A stretch of 64,000 bases of DNA from Parcubacteria group bacterium Gr01-1014_13 (lineage in GTDB: Bacteria > Patescibacteriota > Patescibacteriia > Magasanikbacterales > GWA2-37-8). The notes beneath the pieces were generated by a model. It saw nothing but the letters and a program-made list of their open reading frames with translations, ran no database searches and had not been told where the DNA came from. Each line of letters begins with the position of its first letter. Within the stretch, counting starts at the first letter, position 1. Where the stretch lies: positions 80,424 to 144,423 of the forward strand of contig VMGB01000001.1 of assembly GCA_007376295.1 (NCBI GenBank), read 5' to 3'. The translations under genes and the position numbers were made by a program. This document shows, one piece after another, positions 55,820-64,000 of the stretch.

Positions 55820-56065
55820 ATGCCCAAGGAGGAAACCATGGTTATTACTGATCGCGACCCTGGAGATGAGGATATGAATACTGAAGATTCGGAATTGCTT
55901 CGGGCTATAGCCCGGTTCGAGAATGGCGATTTTACTCCCGAGGAAGAAGCTGAGATGAAAAAGTGGGAGGCCGAGGTTAATGCAAAATTAAGAGAAGGTG
56001 CCAGAGAACACGATTTGATCCTGGCTTGGTCAAAAGTGCACGGAGCAAACAAAGTTTATAAATAG
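55820..56065 (+). CDS. Small acidic hypothetical protein
   Basis: 81-aa ORF directly after the oxygenase; internal AAGGAGG suggests an alternative start at the second Met; terminator follows. Confidence 0.55.
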   Translation: MPKEETMVITDRDPGDEDMNTEDSELLRAIARFENGDFTPEEEAEMKKWEAEVNAKLREGAREHDLILAWSKVHGANKVYK

Positions 56066-56105
56066 AGAGATTGGTTTAGGCGCGCTGGTGTGAGGCGCGC
56101 TTTTT

Positions 56106-57467
56106 TTATCTTCCTGCCAATCGAAGAATAGTATTGATGGTTCTAAGGATGATGGAAATATCTAAAGTGAAGTTGCGGTTTTTAATATAGTATAAATCGT
56201 ATTCCAGTTTTTGCAGGTTTTCCTCAATTGTACCGTAATAAGCGTTATTGATTTGCGCCCAGCCAGTAAGTCCTGGTTTTATTAGGTGTCGTAAAGAATA
56301 GTAGGGCATTTTTTCTGTAAGTTGTTGGACAAATTCTGGACGTTCGGGTCGAGGACCAATTACAGACATCTGGCCTTTTAGAATATTTATAAATTGCGGT
56401 ATTTCGTCCAGTCTGGTGCGGCGTAAAATTTTTCCAACCGTTGTAATGCGGACATCTTTGTCAGCCGCATACTGCGGCCCGCCGGTTTCGGCGCTTCCGT
56501 CAGCAGCTAAAGTCTTCATGGTCCGATATTTGTAAACTTTAAAAATTAATCCTTGTCTGCCAACGCGATTTTGGGAGAAAAATATTTTGCCTTTGGAGTT
56601 TAATTTTATAATCAAGGCGATAATCGGGAAAGTGACAATAAAAAATATACCAATTATTACGGCTAAAATATAATCCGTTAAAATACGGAAACGATCATAG
56701 ATTTTTTTCTGTTGTTCGTGCAGGTTGGCCACGAACCAGTTTTCAGAAAAAGTAAACGGGGGAATACGGTGCATTACTGTTTCATAAAAATCAGAAAGAT
56801 TTACGATGCTCACCTGCTGAAATAAACTTTGGTATAATTCTTTGAGCAGATTTGAATCGGCAGTCATCTGTGGTGAGAGAACGATAATATTCGCGTAATT
56901 TTTTGTTTGATTATTTATCTCGGCAATAGTTTTGCCATACGCTATATTCGGTAAAGAAGATTCTTGTTCACCGATTACACCAAGAACTAAGTAACCCAAA
57001 CGCGGATTGTTTTGAATATTATTTATCAGCTCTTTAACTTCAGCTGTAACTCCGGCAAAAATTATATTATATTTTAAAGTTGTAGAAATAAATTTGTTAT
57101 AAAAAAATCTCCACAAAGAGACGAGTCCAAAACCGATTATGGCTGTAAGTAATAAAATTGTTTTTGGGGTGATGGCGGTTTTTGGATTTATATAAAAATA
57201 GATTATCCCAAGAACTGTCCAAGCCAAAGCGCTAAGAATAATTTTTTGATAAAAAGCCCAAGAATTTTTGGTTTTGCTGATGTCGTAAAGACCGGCGATA
57301 AATAAAATAACCGCGGCTAGGAAGAATAGCTGGGTCATGGGTGACAACAGATCTTGTAAGTTTTGGCCGGGAATTTTTAGATAGCGAAAATAGAGAGCAA
57401 AATATAGGCCTATATATAAGGTCATTATGTCTCCAGTCAGAAGGGTGAGTTGTTTTAAACGAAGCAT
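56106..57467 (-). CDS. Polyprenyl-phosphate glycosylphosphotransferase (WcaJ/WbaP-like sugar transferase)
   Basis: KYRTM, D.RIT.VG..LR.TRLDEIPQ, GPRPERP, KPGLTGWAQI, DLYYI. Confidence 0.93.
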   Translation of the reverse strand: MLRLKQLTLLTGDIMTLYIGLYFALYFRYLKIPGQNLQDLLSPMTQLFFLAAVILFIAGLYDISKTKNSWAFYQKIILSALAWTVLGIIYFYINPKTAITPKTILLLTAIIGFGLVSLWRFFYNKFISTTLKYNIIFAGVTAEVKELINNIQNNPRLGYLVLGVIGEQESSLPNIAYGKTIAEINNQTKNYANIIVLSPQMTADSNLLKELYQSLFQQVSIVNLSDFYETVMHRIPPFTFSENWFVANLHEQQKKIYDRFRILTDYILAVIIGIFFIVTFPIIALIIKLNSKGKIFFSQNRVGRQGLIFKVYKYRTMKTLAADGSAETGGPQYAADKDVRITTVGKILRRTRLDEIPQFINILKGQMSVIGPRPERPEFVQQLTEKMPYYSLRHLIKPGLTGWAQINNAYYGTIEENLQKLEYDLYYIKNRNFTLDISIILRTINTILRLAGR

Positions 57468-57491
57468 ATGCTACAATAGCAAGCAAATAAT

Positions 57492-59015
57492 ATGCCTCAA
57501 TCCTACCTTAAAATTAAGCAAAAAGCAAGCATTGCAGCGGTTTTTTTGGCTGCTATGGTTTTGGTCTATCCAAATGCCTTGGTTTTAGCAAAAGTACCCA
57601 ATGATCCAAAATATACGCTTCAGGAGGCCGTTTATAAGCAAATTGGGGCACCGGCGGCCTGGGATTATACTACCGGTACCAACAGTGTGGTGGTAGCGGT
57701 GATAGATGTGGGTGTAGACATTAATAATACAGATTTAAAAGAAAATATTTGGCAAAACTCAAAAGAATTGCCGGATAATGGCATTGACGATGATCGCAAT
57801 GGCTTTATAGATGATATACATGGGTGGAATTTTGTAGAGAACAATAATGATATGGCAATTTCGGTAATACAAGACTCTGATGATTCCGGCGCTGTGAGCC
57901 ACGGTACTATTTTGGCGGGGCTTATCGGTGCCAGAGGCGACAATAACTTGTCTGGTACAGGATTAAATTGGCAGATAAAAATTATGCCTCTGCGCGCCAT
58001 AAATAGCAATGGAGACGGATCTTTAAAAGAAGTAGCCAAAGCGATTAATTACGCGGTAAGTAATGGAGCCGATATAATAAGCACAAGTTTTGTTGGCGAC
58101 AGGAACAGTTTTGCCTTACAAGAAAGCTTATTTAATGCCCGGAAATATGGAATAATAGTAGTAGCGGCAGCGGGAAATAACAGAAACGACGGAACCGGAT
58201 ATTATAATTTGTCTAAAAACAAACAATATCCTATTTGCGTGGATTTTGAAAATTCGGAAAATTGGATTTTGGGCGTAACTTCGGTAGATAAAAATGATAA
58301 GTTGAGCGATTTTGCCAATTTTGGGGCATGCGTAGATATTTCCGCTCCTGGTGAAAATATTTACAGCACGCAAAAATATGCTCCGCAGTATGGAAGTAGT
58401 TATAACCAAAATTTTGGCGGCCCTTGGTTCGGGTCTTCCTTTGCGGTTCCGTTAGTGGCAGGCAGTGCGGCGTTGGTAAAATCAGTTCGTCCGGATTGGG
58501 GAGCGCAAGAAATAATTTTGGATTTACTGGCTACTGCCGATGATATAGACGGTTTAAATCCTGGTTTTGCCGGACAGAGCGGTTATGGCCGTTTAAATGT
58601 TGGCCGGGCTGTGGCTAGGGCGATAGAATTCAAGTCGGTAGCATTAGTTTTTGAATCAAAATTAATCAAGAAAAACAAGCAGTATTTTGTTCGTATTACC
58701 TCGGACGGCAAAGTTTTGCATGATTTGTCTTTGCCTGGATACATAGATAAAAATACCAAATGGGCAGTAGTAGAAAATTTGTTGGTCTCTGCTAATTCGA
58801 GTAAAGGAAAAATAACAGTAAATGCTTGGGATTGGGACGGTAATAAAAAATTAACAAATTTTGTTTTGCCAGGAATGACAAAATTGTCTGATTTAAAAAT
58901 TGATAAAGTATGGGGGGATAGTCCCAATGCTATTTTATTTGTGAAGCAAGCAGGGGATAGTCGGCGAGTAATTATAGATTTACCCAGCCAGAGCTGGAAG
59001 ACAGAAGGTGTTTAG
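57492..59015 (+). CDS. S8 family subtilisin-like serine peptidase
   Basis: VAVIDVG, HGT, AAAGN, GSSFAVP triad; signal peptide. Confidence 0.9.
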   Translation: MPQSYLKIKQKASIAAVFLAAMVLVYPNALVLAKVPNDPKYTLQEAVYKQIGAPAAWDYTTGTNSVVVAVIDVGVDINNTDLKENIWQNSKELPDNGIDDDRNGFIDDIHGWNFVENNNDMAISVIQDSDDSGAVSHGTILAGLIGARGDNNLSGTGLNWQIKIMPLRAINSNGDGSLKEVAKAINYAVSNGADIISTSFVGDRNSFALQESLFNARKYGIIVVAAAGNNRNDGTGYYNLSKNKQYPICVDFENSENWILGVTSVDKNDKLSDFANFGACVDISAPGENIYSTQKYAPQYGSSYNQNFGGPWFGSSFAVPLVAGSAALVKSVRPDWGAQEIILDLLATADDIDGLNPGFAGQSGYGRLNVGRAVARAIEFKSVALVFESKLIKKNKQYFVRITSDGKVLHDLSLPGYIDKNTKWAVVENLLVSANSSKGKITVNAWDWDGNKKLTNFVLPGMTKLSDLKIDKVWGDSPNAILFVKQAGDSRRVIIDLPSQSWKTEGV

Positions 59016-59091
59016 AATTATATTGTCAACAGTAGTGGTTAATGGTACAATTTAGACATTAATAGTTAGTAATTAGTGATTATCAAATTTT

Positions 59092-60102
59092 ATGGATACC
59101 CCTATTTTTGAGAAAAAAAACGTGTTGGTCACCGGCGGCGCCGGTTTTATCGGTTCGCATCTTTGTGAGCGTTTGCTAAAAGAAGCCAAAGTAATTTGTC
59201 TGGATGATTTCTCCAATTCTTCTCCGGCCAACATCCAGCATTTATTGCAGTATCCAGATTTTGAATTTATAAAATACGACGTTAATCAGCCAATTGATTT
59301 GGATAAATTTGAAGAATTAGATAAATTCAAAGTTAAATTCCAAGGTATTCAAGAGATTTATCATTTGGCTTGTCCTACCAGTCCGCATGATTTTGAAAAA
59401 TTAAAAATGAAATCATTGTGGGCTAATTCCTCTTCGATGATAAATACTTTGGATTTGGCTGTAAAATACAAAGCCAAATATATATTTACCTCCAGTTCGG
59501 TTGTTTATGGTAATTCCACCGAAGAAAAATCTGTTTTTAAAGAAAGCGATCATGGCATTGTCGACCATCTTTCTCCGCGTGCCTGCTATGACGAAGGCAA
59601 ACGTTTTGCAGAAACCTGCGTGGCTACTTACCGTCAAGTATATGGCATAGATGCCAAAGTTGCCCGTGTATTTACCACCTATGGTCCACACATGAAATTA
59701 TTTGAAGGTCAGATGATTCCGGATTTTATTATCAATGCTTTGGAAGGAAAAAATATTACTATAAATGGCGATGAAACATTTTCTACTTCGCTTTGTTATG
59801 TTACCGACTTGATAGATGGTTTGGTGCGGCTTATGGCCAGCTCACCGGAAGTAGAAATTGTTAACCTGGGTGATGATAAAATAGTAAAAATAGTTGATGT
59901 AGCAAACACAATAATCAAATTAACGAATTCTTCTTCTCAGGTTGTATTTGAGAAGCCATTATTGTTTTTGACCAAAAAAGGAGCTCCAGATTTGTCTTAT
60001 GTTAGAGATGTCTTGGGTTGGATGCCTTTAGTAAGATTGCAAGATGGCCTTGAAAAAACAATCGACTATACTATTGCCAACAAAGAGGCATTGATGTTTT
60101 GA
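59092..60102 (+). CDS. UDP-glucuronate decarboxylase-like NAD-dependent epimerase/dehydratase
   Basis: TGGAGFIGSHL, YHLACPTSP, YDEGKRFAE, TYGP. Confidence 0.9.
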   Translation: MDTPIFEKKNVLVTGGAGFIGSHLCERLLKEAKVICLDDFSNSSPANIQHLLQYPDFEFIKYDVNQPIDLDKFEELDKFKVKFQGIQEIYHLACPTSPHDFEKLKMKSLWANSSSMINTLDLAVKYKAKYIFTSSSVVYGNSTEEKSVFKESDHGIVDHLSPRACYDEGKRFAETCVATYRQVYGIDAKVARVFTTYGPHMKLFEGQMIPDFIINALEGKNITINGDETFSTSLCYVTDLIDGLVRLMASSPEVEIVNLGDDKIVKIVDVANTIIKLTNSSSQVVFEKPLLFLTKKGAPDLSYVRDVLGWMPLVRLQDGLEKTIDYTIANKEALMF

Positions 60103-60104
60103 TC

Positions 60105-60782
60105 ATGGATATTAAAGGTATGTTGTTTGTAATTGTTCCCGCCTACAACGAAGCTAAAAACATCGGTCGCGTCATTAGCGGCCTTTTTAGTCAGGGACTG
60201 CAAAATATTATTGTGGTCGATGATGGTTCTACGGACGAAACAGCTCAAATAGCTGAAGCAGCCGGAACTAAAGTTTTACGTCATGAAGTAAATAGAGGGC
60301 AGGGAGCATCGCTCCAAACTGGCAATGATTATGCATTGGCCCATGATGCGGACACCGTAATTCATTTTGATGCCGATGGCCAGTTTAATCCGGCTGATAT
60401 TGCTAAAGCGTTAGTAGTAATGAAAGAGAAAAACGTAGATGTGCTACTTGGTTCACGTTTTTTAGACAATCGTTCCCAGATGCCTTGGACAAAAAAATAT
60501 TTAATTTTGCCAACTGCCAGACTGATAAATCATTTTTTGACCGGCTTAAAACTTACTGATGCGCACAATGGTTTCCGTATTTTGTCCCGCAGGGCTTTGG
60601 AGGCAATAAATATCTCCCAAGACCGCATGGCCCATAATTCCGAAATTATTAGTCAAATTAGGCAAAAAAACCTATCCTATCTTGAATATCCGGTAGAGGT
60701 TACATATAATGAATATGGCCAGGGAGTAGGGGGAGGCTTAAAGATAATTTGGGAAGTTTTACAAGGACGTTTAATTAAATAG
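60105..60782 (+). CDS. GT2 glycosyltransferase (DPM1-like)
   Basis: VPAYNEA, VVDDGSTD, N.GQG, FDADGQF, GSRF, TDAHNGFR. Confidence 0.92.
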   Translation: MDIKGMLFVIVPAYNEAKNIGRVISGLFSQGLQNIIVVDDGSTDETAQIAEAAGTKVLRHEVNRGQGASLQTGNDYALAHDADTVIHFDADGQFNPADIAKALVVMKEKNVDVLLGSRFLDNRSQMPWTKKYLILPTARLINHFLTGLKLTDAHNGFRILSRRALEAINISQDRMAHNSEIISQIRQKNLSYLEYPVEVTYNEYGQGVGGGLKIIWEVLQGRLIK

Positions 60783-60786
60783 TCTT

Positions 60787-61122
60787 ATGATGGTAATCCA
60801 AACTTTATTAATAGTTTTTTTCTTGTTTGCCTTGGTAAAGGTTATTGGCCGTTGGCGTGCCGGTGATTTGACTAAAATGGGCCTAATTTGGTGGTCACTA
60901 TTTTGGGTTGCGGCAGCCGTGGTGGTGCTACTACCAAATTCCACCGCTTACTTTGCAAAATTAGTAGGTATTGGCCGTGGCGCGGATTTGGTGGTGTATC
61001 TGTCTTTGGCCGCGATATTTTTTATAATATTTCGATTGATGATCAGGATAGAATCACTAAATAAAGATATTACCAAACTTACCAGAAAAGTTGCTTTGCA
61101 GGACGATAAAGATAGCGTATGA
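60787..61122 (+). CDS. DUF2304 family membrane protein
   Basis: W..FW, GIGRGADLVVY, I.KLTR.VAL; usual partner of DPM1-like GT2. Confidence 0.85.
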   Translation: MMVIQTLLIVFFLFALVKVIGRWRAGDLTKMGLIWWSLFWVAAAVVVLLPNSTAYFAKLVGIGRGADLVVYLSLAAIFFIIFRLMIRIESLNKDITKLTRKVALQDDKDSV

Positions 61123-62213
61123 AGATAGCTCATGTTGTTTCCACTTTTTTTCCTCATGTGGGCGGGATGGGGACTGTTTGCTATAACGAAGTAAAACGGT
61201 TGGCAGAAAATGGACATGACGTAACAGTTTTCACCTTAAAGTATCCAGACACAACATACGAGGATACAAAATTTCCTTTTAAAGTAGTGCGTTTAAAACC
61301 CCTGATAAAGCTAGGAGATGCTGGGCTGGTGCCACAGATATTAAATCAACTCACAGGTTTTGATCTAGTTCATTTGCATTATCCATTTTATGGCGGCGCG
61401 GAATGGCTCTGCTTTTCTAGTGTGCCAACAGTCATTACTTATCATATGGATGCGCAGGCCGAGGGAATAAAAGGCCTAATTTCGAAAATATATGATTTGC
61501 TTTGGCCAAGAATTTTGTTTTCCCAAGCCAAAAAGATTGTGGCGGTTAATGCGGAACATTTTAAGAATACAAAATTTGGCAAGGGTTTTGCCGATAAAAC
61601 TATTGAAATTCAAAATGGAGTGGATATGGAAATTTTTAATCCCCACGAGGTTAATTTGGAGGCTCTTGGTTTAGTTCATTTAAAAGACAAGAAAATTATT
61701 CTTTTTGTAGGTAATTTGATGCCGGTGAAGCGTCTGGATATGGTCTTAGATTCAATTAAACTATTAGGCGATGATAATTTGGCTTTGGTGGTGGTCGGAG
61801 GGGGGTACGAGTTAGATAAATACAAAGAGCTAGCCAAGGATTTAAATAATGTATATTTTGTGGGTCAGTGTGATGATCAGAAAAAATTATCTGATTATTA
61901 TAACGCAGCGGCGTGCGTGGTTGTACCATCTGATTATGAATCGTTTTCTTTAGTAGCAATAGAAGCGGGTGCGTGTGGTATTCCAGTAGTTGCCAGTAAT
62001 ATCCCAGCTATGGCTGAAAGAATTAATAATGGAGTAAATGGATTTTTGTTTGAGAAAGGTTCGGTGGAAAGTTTAACGGCTGCGTTTAGAAAAATTATGT
62101 CTATGAGCGCAGAAGAAAGAAAAGTTATTGGTCAGCAGGGGAGAGTGGGAGTAGAAAATAAATATTCTTGGAAAAAGCATATGGAAAAATTAATTAATTT
62201 ATATGGCGTTTGA
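61119..62213 (+). CDS. GT4 glycosyltransferase
   Basis: GG motif, NGVD, PSDYESFSLVAIEAGACGIPVVAS. Confidence 0.93.
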   Translation: MKIAHVVSTFFPHVGGMGTVCYNEVKRLAENGHDVTVFTLKYPDTTYEDTKFPFKVVRLKPLIKLGDAGLVPQILNQLTGFDLVHLHYPFYGGAEWLCFSSVPTVITYHMDAQAEGIKGLISKIYDLLWPRILFSQAKKIVAVNAEHFKNTKFGKGFADKTIEIQNGVDMEIFNPHEVNLEALGLVHLKDKKIILFVGNLMPVKRLDMVLDSIKLLGDDNLALVVVGGGYELDKYKELAKDLNNVYFVGQCDDQKKLSDYYNAAACVVVPSDYESFSLVAIEAGACGIPVVASNIPAMAERINNGVNGFLFEKGSVESLTAAFRKIMSMSAEERKVIGQQGRVGVENKYSWKKHMEKLINLYGV

Positions 62214-63021
62214 TTACGAGAAATCAATTTGGGGACACGGTAATGCCAGTTTGAGTTTAAGCTCTCCGACTAGTTTTCGTTTGCGCCAAAGCCTACAATC
62301 TCTTTCTGAGTTAAAATCCGGAGCCAAAGTTTTGGAGTTAGGTTGCGGAGCCGGCCAATTTATTCGTGAAATCAAGAAAATCCGGCCAGAATTGGATTGT
62401 TACGGCTGTGATATTAGCCAGCACGCTATCGCCATAGCTAAACAAGCAAACGATGGGGTGAATTATGATTTGAGTACCGAAAATAGATCTGTGTACGGGG
62501 ATAATTTTTTTGACGCGGTACTTATTTTCGATGTACTCGAGCATGTAGAAAACCCAGATTTAATTTTGTCTGAAATACATCGAGTTCTAAAAAGTGGGGG
62601 AGTATTTTATTCTTTTGTACCATGTGAAGGCGATTCGTTATCTTTTTGGAATTTATTGCATAAGCTTGGCTTGAAACGAGAGCTTACCAAAATGTATGCC
62701 GGTCATATAAATAAATTTTCTCGCCCGAGTTTGATAAACCTAGTTCAATCGCATGGTTTTGTTACAAAACGTATTCGATACAGCGAGCAAGTTCTGGGTC
62801 AGCTTCTCGGCTTGGCCGCCTTTTTTTCTATGGATCATTTTGCCAAAAAGAGTAATTTGCATCAAGTAAATAATGAGCAGTATTTTTATAATTTAGATCA
62901 AAAAGGCGGGGGAGTATTAAAAATATTAAAAAATATTGTAAATAGTCTGGTTGCTATAGAATCAATTACTTTTTCCAGAGTTCCATCGCCAAATGTGCAT
63001 CTGACGGTGATTAAAAAGTAA
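62203..63021 (+). CDS. Class I SAM-dependent methyltransferase
   Basis: VLELGCGAG, GCDIS, DVLEHV, RVLKSGG. Confidence 0.9.
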   Translation: MAFDYEKSIWGHGNASLSLSSPTSFRLRQSLQSLSELKSGAKVLELGCGAGQFIREIKKIRPELDCYGCDISQHAIAIAKQANDGVNYDLSTENRSVYGDNFFDAVLIFDVLEHVENPDLILSEIHRVLKSGGVFYSFVPCEGDSLSFWNLLHKLGLKRELTKMYAGHINKFSRPSLINLVQSHGFVTKRIRYSEQVLGQLLGLAAFFSMDHFAKKSNLHQVNNEQYFYNLDQKGGGVLKILKNIVNSLVAIESITFSRVPSPNVHLTVIKK

Positions 63022-63022
63022 T

Positions 63023-63541
63023 ATGCGCGTCATCCACGTTATCCCATCTGCTTTTGAATATTTTGACGATATCAGATCGCGCGCTTTTAAGTTATTGGAC
63101 GGGCTACATAAATTAGGTGTAGAGACAGAGGCGTTTACCTTGCAATACGGAACGCCCAATAAAGCAGAGAAATCCAGTATCAAACAGGCTTCACCATCTA
63201 TCCATAATTTTATTGGTAGTTTTGATATTAACAGCGCTATAGAGAATTTTTCTGATTTTGATATCGTTCATTTACATTGTCCATTTTTTGGCGCAGCCGG
63301 CAAGATTCTGCGTTGGAAAAAACTTCATCCCGACACCCCTTTGGTACTTACGTATTATCGCGATGTTCGGATAGTCGATCTGATGAGCTTTTTTATCAAG
63401 CTTTATAACGGATATTATTTACCCAAATTTTTTAAGTTGGCTGATGCAGTTGACCAGTTTAAAGCGGATGATCGGTCTTTAGAGTCTATTGCGGCCGATA
63501 CCATCTTGGTGTATAATAGCTTTTGGTCACAAAAGACCTAA
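63023..63541 (+). CDS. GT4 N-terminal-domain-only protein
   Basis: MRVIHV, FDIVHLHCPF, PLVLTY; resembles the N-terminal half of 61119-62213. Confidence 0.7.
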   Translation: MRVIHVIPSAFEYFDDIRSRAFKLLDGLHKLGVETEAFTLQYGTPNKAEKSSIKQASPSIHNFIGSFDINSAIENFSDFDIVHLHCPFFGAAGKILRWKKLHPDTPLVLTYYRDVRIVDLMSFFIKLYNGYYLPKFFKLADAVDQFKADDRSLESIAADTILVYNSFWSQKT

Positions 63542-63569
63542 TCTAAGCAATTTTAAAGATAATCATTAT

Positions 63570-63878
63570 ATGGGAATGTTTAAAAAAGGACTTTTTTTAG
63601 GCGGTTTAATAGGAGCGGCGGCAATGTGGCTCAACGCTACCCCAAAGGGTAAAGAAATGCGAGCCAAATTGATGGGCCAGGCCAATGATTTGTATGCGCA
63701 ACTTAAAGAAAGTATCAAACAGTTAGAGGGTCCTACCAAAGAAATGTATGACGCGTTGGTAGAAAGAGCGGTAGAAGAATATGCCGCCAAAGTAGAAATG
63801 GCTATGGATATGAAAAATCAGTTAGTGCGGGAATTAAAGAAGAGATGGAAAGATCTGGAGAAAGAAATTAAAAAATAA
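63570..63878 (+). CDS. YtxH domain protein
   Basis: GLFLGGLIGAAA..L..P.GKEMR; ATG 63570. Confidence 0.82.
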   Translation: MGMFKKGLFLGGLIGAAAMWLNATPKGKEMRAKLMGQANDLYAQLKESIKQLEGPTKEMYDALVERAVEEYAAKVEMAMDMKNQLVRELKKRWKDLEKEIKK

Positions 63879-63889
63879 CCAGGTAAACG

Positions 63890-63914
63890 AAAATCACCCG
63901 TAAGGGTGATTTTT
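63890..63914 (+). terminator. Intrinsic terminator
   Basis: AAAATCACCC-GTAA-GGGTGATTTT. Confidence 0.75.
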
Positions 63915-64000
63915 AGTATTTATGCTTGACCAAATTTATTTTTATGGTACAATTATTTTGCCAACTGAGTTTGGTAAGGAGAGTAGCGTGAAGAGAGTTC

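Noticed and set aside
57492-59015. Inactive subtilase because the motif is GSSFA rather than GTSMA
   Set aside because: Asp, His, the oxyanion Asn and the nucleophile Ser position are all retained.
63926-64000. Possible ncRNA at the window end
   Set aside because: Promoter, AAGGAG and GTG at 63988 fit the start of a truncated CDS; too little sequence to call.
1-64000. Alternative genetic code 25 (TGA=Gly)
   Set aside because: Conserved genes are full length under code 11, and several end at TGA at the expected position (kinase, dus, second ECF sigma).

Overview
AT-rich bacterial chromosome segment in genetic code 11 (TGA acts as stop). Gene content points to Patescibacteria/CPR, probably an ABY1/Magasanikbacteria-like lineage (inference): VirB4-like ATPase, VirB2-like pilin, ComF, ECF sigma/DUF5667 pairs and a large S/T-rich surface protein. 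Housekeeping blocks are sufC-B-D-S-U-sufT, msrB/trhO/VIT1, an ABC-F ATPase, typA, dus, cls, yidC, hrcA-grpE-dnaK-dnaJ, rnhA, murA, ctpA, era, rplI, pyrG and a surface-glycan cluster. There are two tRNAs, Ser(GCT) and Glu(CTC). No integrase, transposase, rRNA or CRISPR-Cas was seen. The most notable signals are: (1) an excisionase/BldC-like HTH gene preceded by three helically phased 24-28 bp TTTGTATACACTAGTGTATACAAA palindromes, divergent from an ECF sigma/anti-sigma/S-layer locus; (2) two classes of genes, core genes with A/T leaders and no Shine-Dalgarno (SD) versus about ten scattered SD-led units, most with a recognisable promoter and terminator; (3) an orphan three-gene operon with a duplicated unknown domain fused to an Ada-like Zn domain lacking the methyl-acceptor Cys; (4) a symmetric variant CIRCE; (5) an MntR, two-domain multicopper oxidase and ZIP operon with a perfect palindromic operator candidate. 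All family calls come from motif recognition, not database searches.
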